Shown: in pieces, positions 12,750 to 27,493 of the stretch | How positions within the stretch are numbered: position 1 is the first letter of the stretch | How the letters are laid out: the number at the start of each line of letters is the position of its first letter | NCBI RefSeq assembly: GCF_009914755.1 | Contig: NC_060947.1 | DNA length: 64,000 nucleotides | Direction: 5' to 3' (one strand) | Source: the human T2T-CHM13v2.0 reference genome, Homo sapiens | Program-made: the position numbers and the translations under genes | The notes under the pieces: model-generated | What the model was told of the DNA's origin: nothing | Seen by the model: only the letters and a program-made list of their open reading frames with translations | The model's database searches: none

Positions 12750-15700
12750 CTACCAGGAACACTCATCACCTATAAAGACACACATAAACTGAAAACAAAG
12801 AGATGAACAGAGATATTCCATGCAAATGGAAACCAAGAAAGAGCAAGAGTCACTCTATTTATATCAGATAAAATAGATTTCAAGACAAAAACTATAAAAA
12901 GAGACAAGGAGGGTCATTGTATAATGGCAGAAGTCAATTCACCAAGAGGATATAACAATTGTAAATATATATGCAGTCAACACTGGAGCACCCAGATATA
13001 CAAAGCAAATATTATTAGAGCTAAAATGAAAGACAGACCCCAATACATAAATAGCTGGAGACTTCGACAACTCACTTTCAGCATTGGACAGATCATCCAG
13101 ATAGAAAATCAACAAAGAAAGATCAGACTTAATCTGTACAGTAGGCCAAACGGACCTAATAGATATTTACAGAATGTTTCATCCAATGGCTGCAGAATAC
13201 ACATTTTTCTCCTCACTACATGAACATTCTCAAGGATAGGCCATATGTTAGGCCACAAAACAAGTCTTTAAAATTTCAAGAAAACTGAAAGCATATCAAG
13301 CATCTTCTCTGGCCACAATGGAATAAAACTAGAAATCAATAATAATGAGAGGAACTTCAGAAACTATACAAACATATGGAAATTAGATAATATGTTCCTG
13401 AATTACCAGTGAGTCAATGAGGAAATTAATAATGAAATCAAAAATTTATTGAAACAAATGATAATGGAGACACAATATACCAACACATATGGGATATAGC
13501 CAAAGCAGTACTAAGAGGAAAGTTTATAGCAATAAGCACCTACATCAAAAAAAAATAGGAAAACTTCAAATAAACAACCTAACAGTGCATCTCAAAGAAG
13601 TAGAAAAGCAAGAGCAAAGCAAGCCCATTAGTAGAAGAAAATAAATAATAAAGACCAGAAGATAAATAAATGAAATTAAAACAAAAAATACAAAAAATCA
13701 AGGAAGTGAAAAGTTGGTTTTTGAAAGGACAAAATTGACAAAACTTTAGCCATACTAAAAAAAAAAGTGAAGAAAAGAGAAAAAAAAAGAGTGGAGGCCC
13801 AAATAAATATAATCCTAAATTGAAAAGGAGACATTACAACTGATACTGCAGAAATTCATTAGTGACTACTACGCTCATTAGAGACTACTATGAGCATCTA
13901 TATGGCAATAAATTATAAAACCTAGAAGAAATGGATAAACTTCTAGACACACACAACCTACGTAGATTGAACCATGAAGAAATCCAAAACCTGAGTAGAC
14001 CAATAACAAGTAAAGAGATTGAAGTTGTAATAAAATGTCTCCCACCTAAGAAAAGCCTGAGACCTGATGGCTTCACTGCTGAATTCTACCAAACATTTAA
14101 AGAAGAAATAACACCAATCCTACTCAAACTATGTTGAAAAATAGAAAAGGAGAGAATACTTCCAAACTCATTCTATGAAGCCGGTATTACCCTGATACCA
14201 AAAACAGACAAAAGCATATTCAAAAAATAAAACTACAGGCCAATAGCTGATGAATGTTAATGCAAAAATCCTCAACAAAATATTAGCAAATCAGATTCAA
14301 CAATACATAAAGAAGATCATTCATCAGGACCAAGTAGGATTTATCCCTGGGATGCAAGGATGGTTCATCATATGCAAATCAATCAATGTGACACATCATA
14401 TCAACAGAATGAAGGACAAAAACCATACCATCATTTCAATTGATGGTGAAAAAGCATTTGATAAAATTCAACATTCCTTCTTGATAAAACCCTCAACAAA
14501 TGGGGTATAGAAGGAATGTACCTCAACACAATAAAAGCCATATATGACAGACCCACTGCTCATATCAAATTGAATAGGGGAAAAAATGAAAGCCTTTTCT
14601 CTAAGATCTGGAACAAAACAAGGATGCCTACTTTTACAACTGTTATTCAACATAGTACTGAAAGTCCTAGCTATAGTAATTAGACAGGAGAAAGAAATAA
14701 AGGGCATCCAAATCAGAGAGAAATAAGTCAAATTATATTTGTTTGCAGGTGATATGATCTTATATTTGGAAAAAACTGAAGACTCCACACACACAAAAAT
14801 CTATTAGAACTGATAAATTCAGGAAAGATGCACGATGCAAAATCAGCATACAAAACTCAGTAGCATTTCTATATGCCAACAATGAACAGCTGGAAAAAGA
14901 CATCAAGAAAATAATCTCATTTGGAATAGCCATAAATAAAACAAACTATCTAGGACTTAATCAAAGAAGTGAAAGATCTCTACAATGAAAACTATAAAAC
15001 ACTGAAGAAAGAAATGTTTCATCATTTTAAAATGTCCTTTGAAGATGACACCAAAAAATGGAAAAATATTCCATGTTCATGGATTGGAAGAATCAATATT
15101 GTTAAAATGTCCATATTACTCAAAGCAATCTACAGATTCAATGCAATCTTGATCAAAATACCAATTACATTCTTAACAGAAATACAAAAAAAAATCCTAA
15201 AATTTATATGGAACCACAAAAGACCTAGAATAGCCAAAGCTATCCTGAGCAAAAAGAATAAAACTAGAGGAATCACATTACCTGACTTCAAATTATACTA
15301 CAGAACTACAGTAACAAAAATAGCATGGTACTGGCATAAAAATGGACACATAGACTAACGGAACAGGACAGACAACTCAGAAACAAATCCATACATCTAC
15401 AGTGAACTCATTTTCAACAAAGGTGACAAGAACATACATTAAGGAATAGACAGTCTCTTCAATAAATGATGTTGTGAAAACTGGATATCCACATGCAAAG
15501 GAAAAAAACTAGACCCTTGTCTCTCACTATATACAAAAGTCAAATCAAAATGAATTAAAGACTTAAATCTAAGACCTCAAATTATGAAACTACTACAAGA
15601 AAAATCTCCAGGACATTTGGAGTTGGCAAAGATTTCTCGAGTAGTACCCCACAAGCACAGGCAACCAAAGCAAAAGTGGACAAATGGAATCACATCAAGT

Positions 15701-16617
15701 TAAAAAGCTTCTGCACAGTAAAAGAAACAATCAACAAAGAAACAACCCACAGAATGGTAGAAAATGTTTGTAAACTACCCATCTGACGGGGGATTAATAA
15801 CCAGAATATATAAGGAGCTCAAACATCTCTATAGGAAAAAATCTAATAATTCAATTTAAAAATTGGCAAAAGATTTGAGTAGACATTTCTCAAAAGAAGA
15901 CATACAAATGGCAAACAGGCGTATGAAAAGGTGCTCAATATCATTGATCATCAGAGAAATACAAATCAGAACTACAATGAGATATTATCTCCCCCAGTTA
16001 AAATGGCTTAAATCCAAAAGACAGGCAATAACAAATTTTGGTGAGGATGTGGAGAAAAGGGAACCCTCATGCCCTGTTGGTAGGAATGTAAATTAGAACA
16101 ACCACTATGGAGAACAGTTTGGAAGTTCCTCAAGATCCAGCAATCCCACTGCTAGATATATACCCAAAAGAAAGGACATTAGTGTATCAAAGAGATACCT
16201 GCACTCCCATGCTTGTTGGTATACCGTTCACAATAGCCAAGATTTGGAAGCAACCTAAGCATCCATCAATAGATGAATGAAGAAAGAAAATGTGGTACCT
16301 ATACACAATGGAGTACTAGTAAGCCAAAAAAAAAAAAAAAAAAAAAAAGAATGCGATCCTGCCATTTGCAACAACATGGATGGAACTGGTGGTCATTATG
16401 TTAAGTGAAATAAGCCAGGCTTGGAAAGACAAGAGGATGGTTACCAAAGGCTGGGATAGGTGGTGGGGGGTTTAGAGGGTGCGGGCAAAGTGGGGATAGC
16501 TAATGGGTACAAAAAAAGTTAGAAAGAATGAATAGGAACTAGTATTTGATAGCATAACAGGGTGACTACAGTCAATAATAATTTAATTGAACATTTAAAA
16601 ATAAGTAAAAGAATATA

Positions 16618-16992
<375 letters not shown>

Positions 16993-17324
16993 TCATTATG
17001 GATTGCATGCCTATATCAAAATATCTCATGTAACCCATAAGGATATACACTTACTATGTCCCGAAAAAAATAAAAAATAATTTTAAAAAAATCAAATGAC
17101 AAACCAGAAAAGTCTTTGAATGAAGGTAAGTGGAATTATAATAGTTTTGATACCCATTCCAACAGTTTTCACATAGCAAGCACAAGTTGGGTAACTATAT
17201 ACAGGTAGCCCCTATCCCCAAGAAAATGCCATATAGTCAAAGTAAAGCGAAGTTTTGACAATTTTTTCATAACTATAGAATTTCAGACATCCATAGCAGT
17301 AAACACTCCAATGTGTCAGACAAC

Positions 17325-17740
17325 AATTAAGCAAGTCATCAACAAGCAAAAGCTGCTATGTGCCTTCCACTGTGCTAAATGCTGTGGGGCATATGAAAGA
17401 GACAAGATATAATCTCTTATTGAGGAGACAGGCTCTGAATACATAAGACAAAGGAAACCATACAACAAAACAAAAAGGCTGAATGCTGTGGAGCAGACTA
17501 GAAGAGTCAAGATAAGTCCAAAAAGGCCAGAATAGTGGAGGGTTTCACAGAGAAGTCTGGATTTGAGCTGGATGGCACAGAGGAGGGCAGAATGCATCCT
17601 TGGAAGAAGAAACAATATGAGCAAGGGTAGAGACTGAGAATAAAGATGGCACATTGGGAAGAGTCCAGAAACTAGACTAAAAGGAGCAGAGGATTCTTGT
17701 CAGGGAAGAATGATAAGGAAGTTTGGGAGAGACAGTCTGC
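17325..17740 (-). mobile_element. L2 fragment
   Basis: ctatgtgcc...cactgtgctaaatgctg...ggatttgagctgg L2-like. Confidence 0.55.
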
Positions 17741-19545
17741 AAGTTGAAATAGAACTTCAGAGCTGTAAACCCTGAAAAACCACAGAAATGATTACTAGAT
17801 GTTCTCACGCACACTGGTATAGAGAGGGCTGCATCACTAATGAGACCCTTCAGTCACTCTTTCACATGCGGAGGTCTCTGCCAATAGTGTCTCTTTGAAT
17901 AATACAAAAGGAAGAGATGATGAGGAAGAAATTGGGTAAACATAAAAAGTAATGTTTTGGGGTGTAGTCTCTGTATTCTGAAAGCAAACCACTATTGCAT
18001 GCTCCACCCATTGAGGTTGAAATTCTTTTCTTACAAAAAAAACTTAACCTTTGCCTGTGGAGAATAATAGCTATTTAATCTATCGTACAGTTAGTACACA
18101 ATTAAGTGCCTACCTTTCTACCTTGCCAATATTTCAGTAAGCAATTCACATTATAACGCAGATCAGATTACTGTCTTTTGTGTTTTAAATGTTTATCTAA
18201 GAGTTGCAGAGATAACATCTACATTGAAAAGTGGCATTAAAAACCCAACAGACATTTCTGGTTTCCTGTCCAGTATGTAAGGAGCTTGAAAGTTGCCATT
18301 CCATCCTAACAATGAGTAAAAAACTGAACAAACTGAAAAATCAACAACTCTTCTTACATCTGTCGGGGAAGTAAGGTCACAGTGCAAACTGCTGCCCCCA
18401 GAATTGGAGAGACAGGCAGGGGAATCCAGAGAATCACAACTTACCCGAGCAGAAACATCCACAGGAACCAGCACAGGGTAGGAAAACCTAGAATGTAATT
18501 GATGAATTGCTGGAGGCTCAGTGTCGACAAGCCTGTGAGCTGAAAACTTCTTTGTTTTACCTCCTGGGAGTTCTACCAGGTTCTCACAGTAAAGATCAGA
18601 CAAGAACTCCTTAGGGTTTCAAGTAGCAGAAGGAAAGTAATTATTTTGAAATATGCCAGAGCATTCTGTTCTTAACAAGGCCTGCCATCAAGATAATCTA
18701 TTTTACTGGAACCTAACCTATTGGGGTTTCATCAGAGCCTAACTGACCTGGCTGAAGGGAAATGGCCAACTCCGGTCTGCTCTACCTTTCTGCCTGTAGG
18801 AAGGGAAATACCCAACTCCAGCTCCAGTCCCCTCCAGCCATTCTATCCCATCTAAGGTGGGGGGAAGGGAGGACACAGAGAGGCGCTTTTGAAGTTTACA
18901 GCCCAGGGGCACAGCATCACTAAAATAGTGAGACCTAATTATAAAATTATAGAATGCTTCCCCTCTCCCAAAACCTTAGCACCATGTCACTAAAGGCCTA
19001 TTGAACAGTTTCTTTCACCCAGTACCTGTACATCATGACCAGCTTTCGACAAAAAATTGTAAGTCATACTAAAAAACAAAAAAAAAAATGCACTTTGAAA
19101 GACAGAGCAAGCATTAGAACCAGACTCATACATGGAAGGGGAGTTGGAATTATCAGTTGGTAGACTGAAAGAAACTATGTATGATTAATGTGATAAGGGC
19201 TCTAATTTAAAAAGTAGATAATACACAAGAACAGCTGAGTAATGTAAGCAGAGATATGGAAATTCTAAGAAAGAATAAAAAAATGGTAAAGATCAAAACA
19301 CTGTAACAAAAATGAAGAATATTTTTAATGGACACGTTCGTAGACTGCACACAGCTGAGAAAAGAGTCTCTGAGCTTGAGTATATGTCAATAGAAACTTT
19401 CAAAACTGAAAAGCAAAGAAAAAAAACACTGAGAAAAAGAAACAATGTCTAAGAACTATGAAACAAAGACATAACACATGCATAACAGAAATACAAGGAG
19501 ACTTCAACAAGTTTGTGGAAAAAATAGAATTAAGAGATAAAAATA

Positions 19546-19760
19546 GGCAACATAGCAAGACTCATATCTACAAAAGAAATTCTTTTAAAAAGCCAGGGGT
19601 GAGGGTGCATGCCTACAGTAGTAATTACTCGGGAAGCTGAGGAAAGAGAACTTGCTTGAGCCCAAGGGTTTGAAGCTTAATTGAGCTTTGAAAGCACGAC
19701 TGCACGCCAGCCTAGGCAACAGAGCAAGACCCTGTCTAAAACAATTTTTAAGATAAAAAT
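19546..19760 (+). mobile_element. 5'-truncated AluJ inside HSMAR2
   Basis: TSD agataaaaata. Confidence 0.88.
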
Positions 19761-20409
19761 AAAAATACATAAACTTTATTTCTCAATACAAGTTCCATCA
19801 ATGTCAAGACACTTATATAAGCAATAATACCAGCTATCTAGTCTATCCCTGAGGGCCCTGGGAATTTAGTTATGTCAATGTAGTCTTTTTTATATAACTA
19901 ACAGAAGAAAAAAATAGGTGCCATTTAAAGAATTTTTAAAATTAGGAAACAAAAAGAAGTCAGAAGGAGCCAAATCAGGGCTGTAAGGTGGATGCCTAAT
20001 AATTTCCCATCAAAGCCCTCACAAAATTGCCCTTATTTGATGAGAGGAATGAGCAGGAGCATTGTTCTGGTGAAGAAAAACTTTCTGGTGAAGTTTTCCC
20101 AGGAGTTTTTCTGCCAAAGCTTAGGCTAACTTTCTTAAAACACTCTCATAATAAGTAGATGTTATTGTCTTTTGGCCCTCCAAAAAGTCAACAAGCAAAA
20201 CGCTTTTACCATCTCCAAAACCCATTGCCATGACCTTTGCTCTTGACTAGTATGCTTTTGCTTTGACTGGACCACTTCCACTTCTTGGTAGACATTGCTA
20301 TGATTGTGCTTTGTCTTCAGGATCATACTGGTAAAGCCATGTTTCATCTCCTGTTACAATTCTTCAAAGATATGCTTCAGGATCTTGATCCCACTTATTT
20401 AAAATTTCA

Positions 20410-20700
20410 CAGCAAACTAACACAAGAACAGAAAACCAAACAACGCATGTTGTCACTCGTAAGTGGGAGTTGAACAATAAGAACACATGGACACAGGGAG
20501 GGGAACATCACACACCAGGGCCTGTTGGGGGCTGGGGGGCTAGGGGAGGGATAGCATTAGGAGAAATACCTAATGTAGGTGATGGGTTGATGGGTGCAGC
20601 AAACCACCATGACACGTGTATACCTATGTAACAAAACTGCATGTTCTGCACATGTACCCCAGAACTTAAAGTATAATTTAAAAAAATAACAAACAAACAG
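20410..20700 (+). mobile_element. L1PA (approx. PA6-8) 3' end
   Basis: gagggatagcattaggagaaatacctaatgta...agaacttaaagtataat. Confidence 0.93.
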
Positions 20701-20964
20701 AAAAGTAAACAGAGCCAGAGCCCAGGACCCTTCTAAATCAGGATACTTCGCAGCTATACAGATGGGACATTCATGCAGCCAGACTTACCCTTTCAAAGTA
20801 TCTCCTCACAAAATATTTAGATGTGTGGGGAGCTGAAAAAAAAATTTTTTAAGAAGTGAACTCCCTACTAGCAAAGTTGCACATGACCCCCTAACCACAC
20901 AAGACTCAGCAGTAAGAATTCAAAACCACCAAGTATGGTGCACTTGGACGCATACAAAACTAGT

Positions 20965-21090
20965 TGAAACACCTGATTCTAGTCCCAGCCTTTACTGTTT
21001 CTAGTCCCAACCTAGTCCTCACTTTGCTATGAGACCATAGGCAATGCATTCTCCTCATTTGTAAAATGAAGGGATTAAAGTATATGATGA
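20965..21090 (+). mobile_element. MIR-like fragment
   Basis: tctagtcccagc...tcctcatttgtaaaatgaagggatt MIR core. Confidence 0.55.
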
Positions 21091-21121
21091 AAATGTCAAA
21101 AAAAATTTCAATTGAGCTTGA

Positions 21122-21245
21122 GAGGATGGATACTGCATTCTCTATGATGTGATTATTACTCATTGTATGCCTGTATCAAAATATCTCATGTACCCTATAA
21201 ATATGTACACCTACTATGTACCTACAATAATTAAAAATAATTTTT
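21122..21245 (+). mobile_element. L1MA 3' tip
   Basis: gatgtgattattactcattgtatgcctgtatcaaaatatctcatgtacc...ctactatgtacc. Confidence 0.85.
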
Positions 21246-22116
21246 AAGAAACATAATACAATCTCCATCGAAAGCTCTGCTCTTGTCTGAAGCTGATCTG
21301 GGTGCAATGGTTTCAACACTCGTCAAGTGGAAAGTTTGCTCACCTTTAATTTTTCAGTCAGAATTGTGTATGTTGAACCAACTGAGATGTCTATGGTGTT
21401 CGCTATTGTTTCTGCTGTTAATCGTTGGTCCTCTTCAATCAGGGCACGAAAAAGATGAATTTTTTCCTCACAAATCGATATGTATGATCTGCTGCTGCAG
21501 GATCATCTTCAATATAATCTTCTCCCTTTTTAAAATGAGTTATCCATTTGTTAACTGATGATTTCTTTGGGGCATTGTCCCTGTACACTTTTCATAAATC
21601 ATCAATTATATCATCATTATTCCACCCAAGTTTCATCACAGATGTAATGTTGGTTCTTGCTTCAATTTTAGCAGAATTCATATTGTTCTGATAGAGACTG
21701 TTTTCAAACTGATGTCTTATTCTTCTTAGTTCTTCAAACTAGAACCTGTTCAGACATGTTAGAACAAGTTAGGGTGACTTTAGTTTGGTGCAAATAATTT
21801 TTAAGTCATGTATAGCTTTTTATAATATACACTTTCCATGAACTTTTAGAAGACCCTTTGTACAACAAGGAGAAGTAAAAGAGAAAGGAACAGAAAATAT
21901 TTGAGGGAATAATGACTAAGAATTTTCCCAAATTAATGTCAAACTCCATCCCACAGACCCAGGAAGCTCAGAAACGTCAGGCAGGATAAATATTAAAAAA
22001 AAACTACATGTAGGCATATATTATCAGGAAATCAAAGATAAAGAAAAATGCTTAAAAGAAGACAGAGGGAAAAACATCTTACCTATAGAGGAGTGAAGAT
22101 AAGAATGACATCTGAT

Positions 22117-22428
<312 letters not shown>

Positions 22429-22644
22429 TGATTTTCTAAGAAACTACACAAGCAAGAAGAGTGGAGTTAAATATTTAAAGTGTTGAGAGAAAAAAAAAAA
22501 TAACCAAGCTAGAATTAAGTATCCTGTAAAAAGTTTCTTCAAAAGTGCAGGAGAAAATAATGACTTTTGCAGACAAGAAAACATTGACAAAATTTGTTGA
22601 CAGTGATTTGTTTTGTAAAAAAAAAAAAAAAAAAAAAAGATTTA

Positions 22645-22810
22645 GGCTGGGAGTGGTGGCTCATGGCTGTAATCCCAGCTAATTGGGAGGCTGAGGCACG
22701 AGAATTGCTTGAACCCAGGAAGCGGAGGTTGCAGTGAGCCAAGCTCGCACCACCACACTCCAGCCTGGGTGACAGCACAATACTGTCTCAAAGAAAATAA
22801 ATAAATAAAT
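22645..22810 (+). mobile_element. Alu monomer (right-arm type)
   Basis: Single arm with (TAAA)n tail. Confidence 0.9.
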
Positions 22811-24593
22811 GAAGTTTTAAAGGTTCTTCAGAGGGAAGGAAAATTATATAGATCAGAAACTTGGATCTATATAAGGAAAGAGAAAGCATTAGAGATGAAA
22901 TAAAAAAAAGGAAAGGAAAACTTTTATTTACTGATTTTTAATTGATTTAACAGGTAATAGTTGCTCAAAATAATAAGAGCAACAAGGGTTAGATTACATA
23001 TGCACATTTATGTGTATATAGATATATAGTTACGTACACTTGTGTATTAGTGAAATAAATGATAGTAATAATGCAAGGGACAGGAGGGAAGAATTAGGGA
23101 TAATTTGTTATAAAATACTTGCGCTACATGTGAATTAGTGAAATGTTATTTGAATGTGACTTGAATTTAATTGTAAAAGTATATTGCAAACTCTAAGGCA
23201 ACCCCAAAAAAAAGCTTCGGAAAATATATAATTGATATGCTAAGAGAAGAAAGAAAATTGGATCATATAAAATACTCAATTAAAACCAAAAGTGGCAGGA
23301 AAAGGGTAGAGGACAAAAATAGGAACAAATAAAAAGGGCAACAAATAGAAAACAATAATATAAATATGGCAGATATTAATCCAGATGATTAATCAATGGT
23401 GATTTTAAATGTCAACGATCTAAGTATACCAATTGAATAACAGAGATTGTAAGAATGACTCAAAACAACAGGACCCAGTTAGATTATTTCTACAAGATGT
23501 CGGTTATAAATATAAAGACACACATAGATTCAAAGTGAAGGGATGGAGAAAGATATACCAAGCTAACACTAATCAAAAGTCTTGAGAAGCTATCTTAATT
23601 ACAGACAGAGCAGACTACAGAGCAAGAAAAATTATCAGGGATACAAAGGGGCATTGCCTAATGATAAAGGGGTCAATCTTCAGGAAGAATAACAATCCTT
23701 AATAATCCTTAATGTGCATTTGTCTAATAACAGAGTATTAACATAAATGAGGCAAAAATTTATAGAACTACAAGGAGAAATAGATAAACCCACTATTATA
23801 GTTGGAAACTTCAACACCCCTCCATCAGAAATGGACACATACAGCAGGCAGAAAATCATTAAGGACATAGCTGAACTCAACAGCACCATCAATCAATTGG
23901 TTATAATTGACATCTATAAACGATTTCATCCAACAACAGCATAATACACATTCTTCTCAAGCTAAATTGAAACATACATCACATTCTGGCCATAAAACAC
24001 ACATTACATTTTTAAAAAAATAGAAATCATTCACCGTGTGCTCTCAGACCACAATGAAGTTAAACATCAATAACTGAAAGATAGCCTGAAAATTCAAAAT
24101 ATTTGGAGATCAAACAACACACTTCTAAATAACACATGGGCTAAAGAAGAAATCTCAAAAGAAACTTAATAATATTGTCAACTAAATGGAAATGAAAATA
24201 CAACTATTAAAATGAGTACAATGCAGCAAAAGCAATGTACTTAGAGGGAAGTTTATTGCATTACATGTGTATATTAGAAGAGAAGAATAATCTAAAAGCA
24301 ATTATCCAAGCTTGCACCTAAGGAAACTAGAAAACGAAGAGGAAATCAAATCCAAAGTACGTAGAATAAAATAAATAATGAAAGTTAGATCAGAAATCAG
24401 TAACATTGAAAACAGGAAATTAATAAAGAAAACCAACAAAACCAAAGATCTGGCTCATTGAAAAGACCAATAAAATTAATAAATGTCCTGCCAGGTAAAC
24501 TAAGGAAAAAAACATGACACAAATTACTAAGATCAGAAATGAAAGAGGAACCATCACTAAAGGTCCCATGGACATTAAAATGATAATAAAGGA

Positions 24594-24714
24594 GGTTGAG
24601 TATTGTGGCTCATACCTGCAATCACAGCATTTGGGAGGCCAAGGCAGGAGAATCACTCGAAGCCAGGAGTTTGAGATCAGCCTGGGCAATAGAGAGAGAC
24701 CTTGTTTCTACAAA

Positions 24715-24755
<41 letters not shown>

Positions 24756-25156
24756 AAGAGAAAGAAAGAAAGAGAAAGAAAGAAAGAAAGAGAAAGAAAG
24801 AAAGAAAGAAAGAAAGAGAAAGAAAGAAAAAGAAAAAGAAAAGAAGGAAAGAAGGAAAGAAAGGAAGGAAGGAAGGAATGAAGGAAGGGAGGGAGGAAGG
24901 AAGGAAGGAAGGAAGGAAGGAAGGAAGGAAGGGAGGAAGGAAGGAAGGGAGGAAGGAGGAAGGAAGGAAGGAAAGAAAGAAGAAAGAGAAAGAAAGAAAG
25001 AAGCCAGGTGTGGTGGCATGCATCTGTAGTCCTAGCTACCTAGGAGGCTAAGACAGGAGGATCACTTGAGCCCAGGATTTCAAGGCTGCTATGGTCACAC
25101 CACTGCCCTCTGGCCTGAATGACAGACAGAGTAAGAAGCTGTCTCAAAAAAAAAAA
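24594..25156 (+). mobile_element. AluJ with linker expanded into a purine microsatellite
   Basis: Left arm, 292-bp purine tract, right arm; TSD-like ataataaag. Confidence 0.9.
24712..25003 (+). repeat. (GAAA)n/(GA)n/(GGAA)n compound purine tract
   Basis: Only one pyrimidine (T24879); nine consecutive GGAA at 24895-24930. Confidence 0.97.
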
Positions 25157-26326
25157 GATAATAAAGAAATACTATGAAAAAAAAATTTGATAACCTTGAT
25201 GAAATAGAGCAATTCCTTGAAAGATACAATCTGCTGAAACTCACACAAGAAGAAATAGATAATCTAAATAAGAATAGAGACTTTCTTAATATATTAAATA
25301 AATTGAATCAATAATTAATAACCTTCCACAACAGAAAGCACCAAGCACAGATGGTAAATTCTATCAAGGTGAATTCTACCAAACATTTAAGAAAGAAATT
25401 ATACAAATTATCTACAATGTCTTTCAGAATATACAAGCAGAAGGAATACTTCCTAACTCGTTCCTAACTCGGCCAGCTCTTCCCTAATACCAGAATCAGA
25501 CAAAGCCATTAAAAAAAATAAAACTACAAACCAACAACTCTCATGAACATAGATGCAAAAATCCTCAACAAAATTTTACCAAATCAAATCCAACAAAGAA
25601 TTTTTGAAAAACCATGCACCACAAACAAGTGGGATATACCGGGTGTACAGGATGGTTCAACATTTGAAAAATCAATTAATGTAATCCATTACATCAACAA
25701 GCAAAAAAGAAAAATCTCATAATTATATCAACAAATGGAGAGAAAGCAATTAATAAAATCCAACACCCATTCATGATTTTAAAAAAAAAACTCCCAGCAG
25801 AATAGGAATAGAGGAAAACTTCCTCAGCTTGATAAAGGACATCTACAAAAACCTACAGCTTACAAAAAATCTACAACTAACATCATAGTTTATGGTGAGA
25901 AACTAGAAGCTTGTTTGCAAAGATATGGAACAAAGACATCTTTTCTCACCACTTATTTCTAACATTGTATCAGAAGTCCTAGCTAATGCAATAAAACAAG
26001 AAAAAGAAATAAAAGATACATAAGTTGGAAAGGAAGAAATAAAACTTTGTTTGCAGATGACATGATCATCTATGTAGAAAATCCTTAAGAAACTACAAAA
26101 ACAAAACAAAGTCCTGGAACTAATAAACAATTATAGCAAGGTTGTAGGATATGAGGTTAATGTACAAGAGTCAATCACTTTCCCATACACCAGCAATAAA
26201 CAAGTGGAGCTTGAAATAAAAACACAATACCATTTACATTAGCATTTTCAAAAATGAAATATGCAGGTATAAATCTTGTGAAATATGTACAAGATTTATA
26301 TGAGGAAAGCTATTGAACTCTGATGA

Positions 26327-26617
26327 AGCTGGGAGCGGTGGCTCACACCTGTAATCCCAGCACTTTGGGAGGCCGAGGCAGGTGGATCATGAGGTTAGGA
26401 GTTCCAGACCAGTCCGGCCAAGATGGTGAAACCCTGTCTCTACCAAAAATACAAAAAAATTAGCTGGGTGTGGCGGCAGGTGCTTGTAATCCCAACTACT
26501 CAGGAGGCTGGGGCAGGGAATTGCTTGAACTCGGGAGGCGGAGGCTGTAGTGAGCTGAGATTGCGCCACTGCACTCCAGCCTGGGCGACAGAGCGAGACT
26601 CCATTAAAAAAAAAAAG
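26327..26617 (+). mobile_element. AluS
   Basis: Full dimer; TSD-like tctgatg. Confidence 0.95.
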
Positions 26618-26906
26618 AAATTCTGATGGAGGAAATTCAGAGAACTAAATAAGAGGGATATTCCATGTTCAATATTGTCAAGATATCAGTTCTTCCCAAC
26701 AACTTAATAAATAGATTCGATGCAATCCCAATCAAAATCCCAGAGAGTTATGTTGCGGATATCGGCAAATTGATTCTAAAGTTTATAAAGAGAGACAAAA
26801 GTCCCAGAATAGCCAACATAATATTGGAGAAGAGCAAAGTTGGAGTACTGACACTACCCAACTTTAAGACTTACTATAAAGCTATGGTAATTAAGATGAT
26901 ATGGTT

Positions 26907-27346
<440 letters not shown>

Positions 27347-27363
27347 TCAACAAACGGTGCTGC

Positions 27364-27493
27364 AGCTGGGCATGGTGGCTCACATCTGTAATCCCAGCAC
27401 TATGGCAGGGAGGATTGCTTGAGCCCAGGAGTTTGAGATGAGTCTGGGCAATAGAGCACGACCCCATCTTTAAAAACAAAAACAAGAAAAAAA
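27364..27493 (+). mobile_element. FLAM/AluJ left monomer
   Basis: ggaggattgcttgagcccaggagtttgag single arm. Confidence 0.85.

Larger units (their letters stand above)
19494..21860 (-). mobile_element. HSMAR2 mariner, about full length, transposase inactivated
   Basis: TIRs caaggagacttcaacaagtttgtggaaa / tttccatgaacttttagaagaccctttg; TA duplication at 19492-19493 and 21861-21862; transposase start ATGAATTCTGCTAAAATTGAAGCAAGA at 21681 on minus. Confidence 0.92.

Noticed and set aside
12924-16096. Endonuclease/RT-like ORFs (also at 23747-26934)
   Set aside because: Fragments of decayed L1 ORF2 with stops and frameshifts; not an active element or a new RT system.
17810-17893. Possible minus-strand exon
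   Set aside because: Weak splice sites and stops in all frames.
24514-25051. 171-aa K/E/R-rich and F/S/L-rich ORFs
   Set aside because: Open only because the purine microsatellite lacks stop codons.
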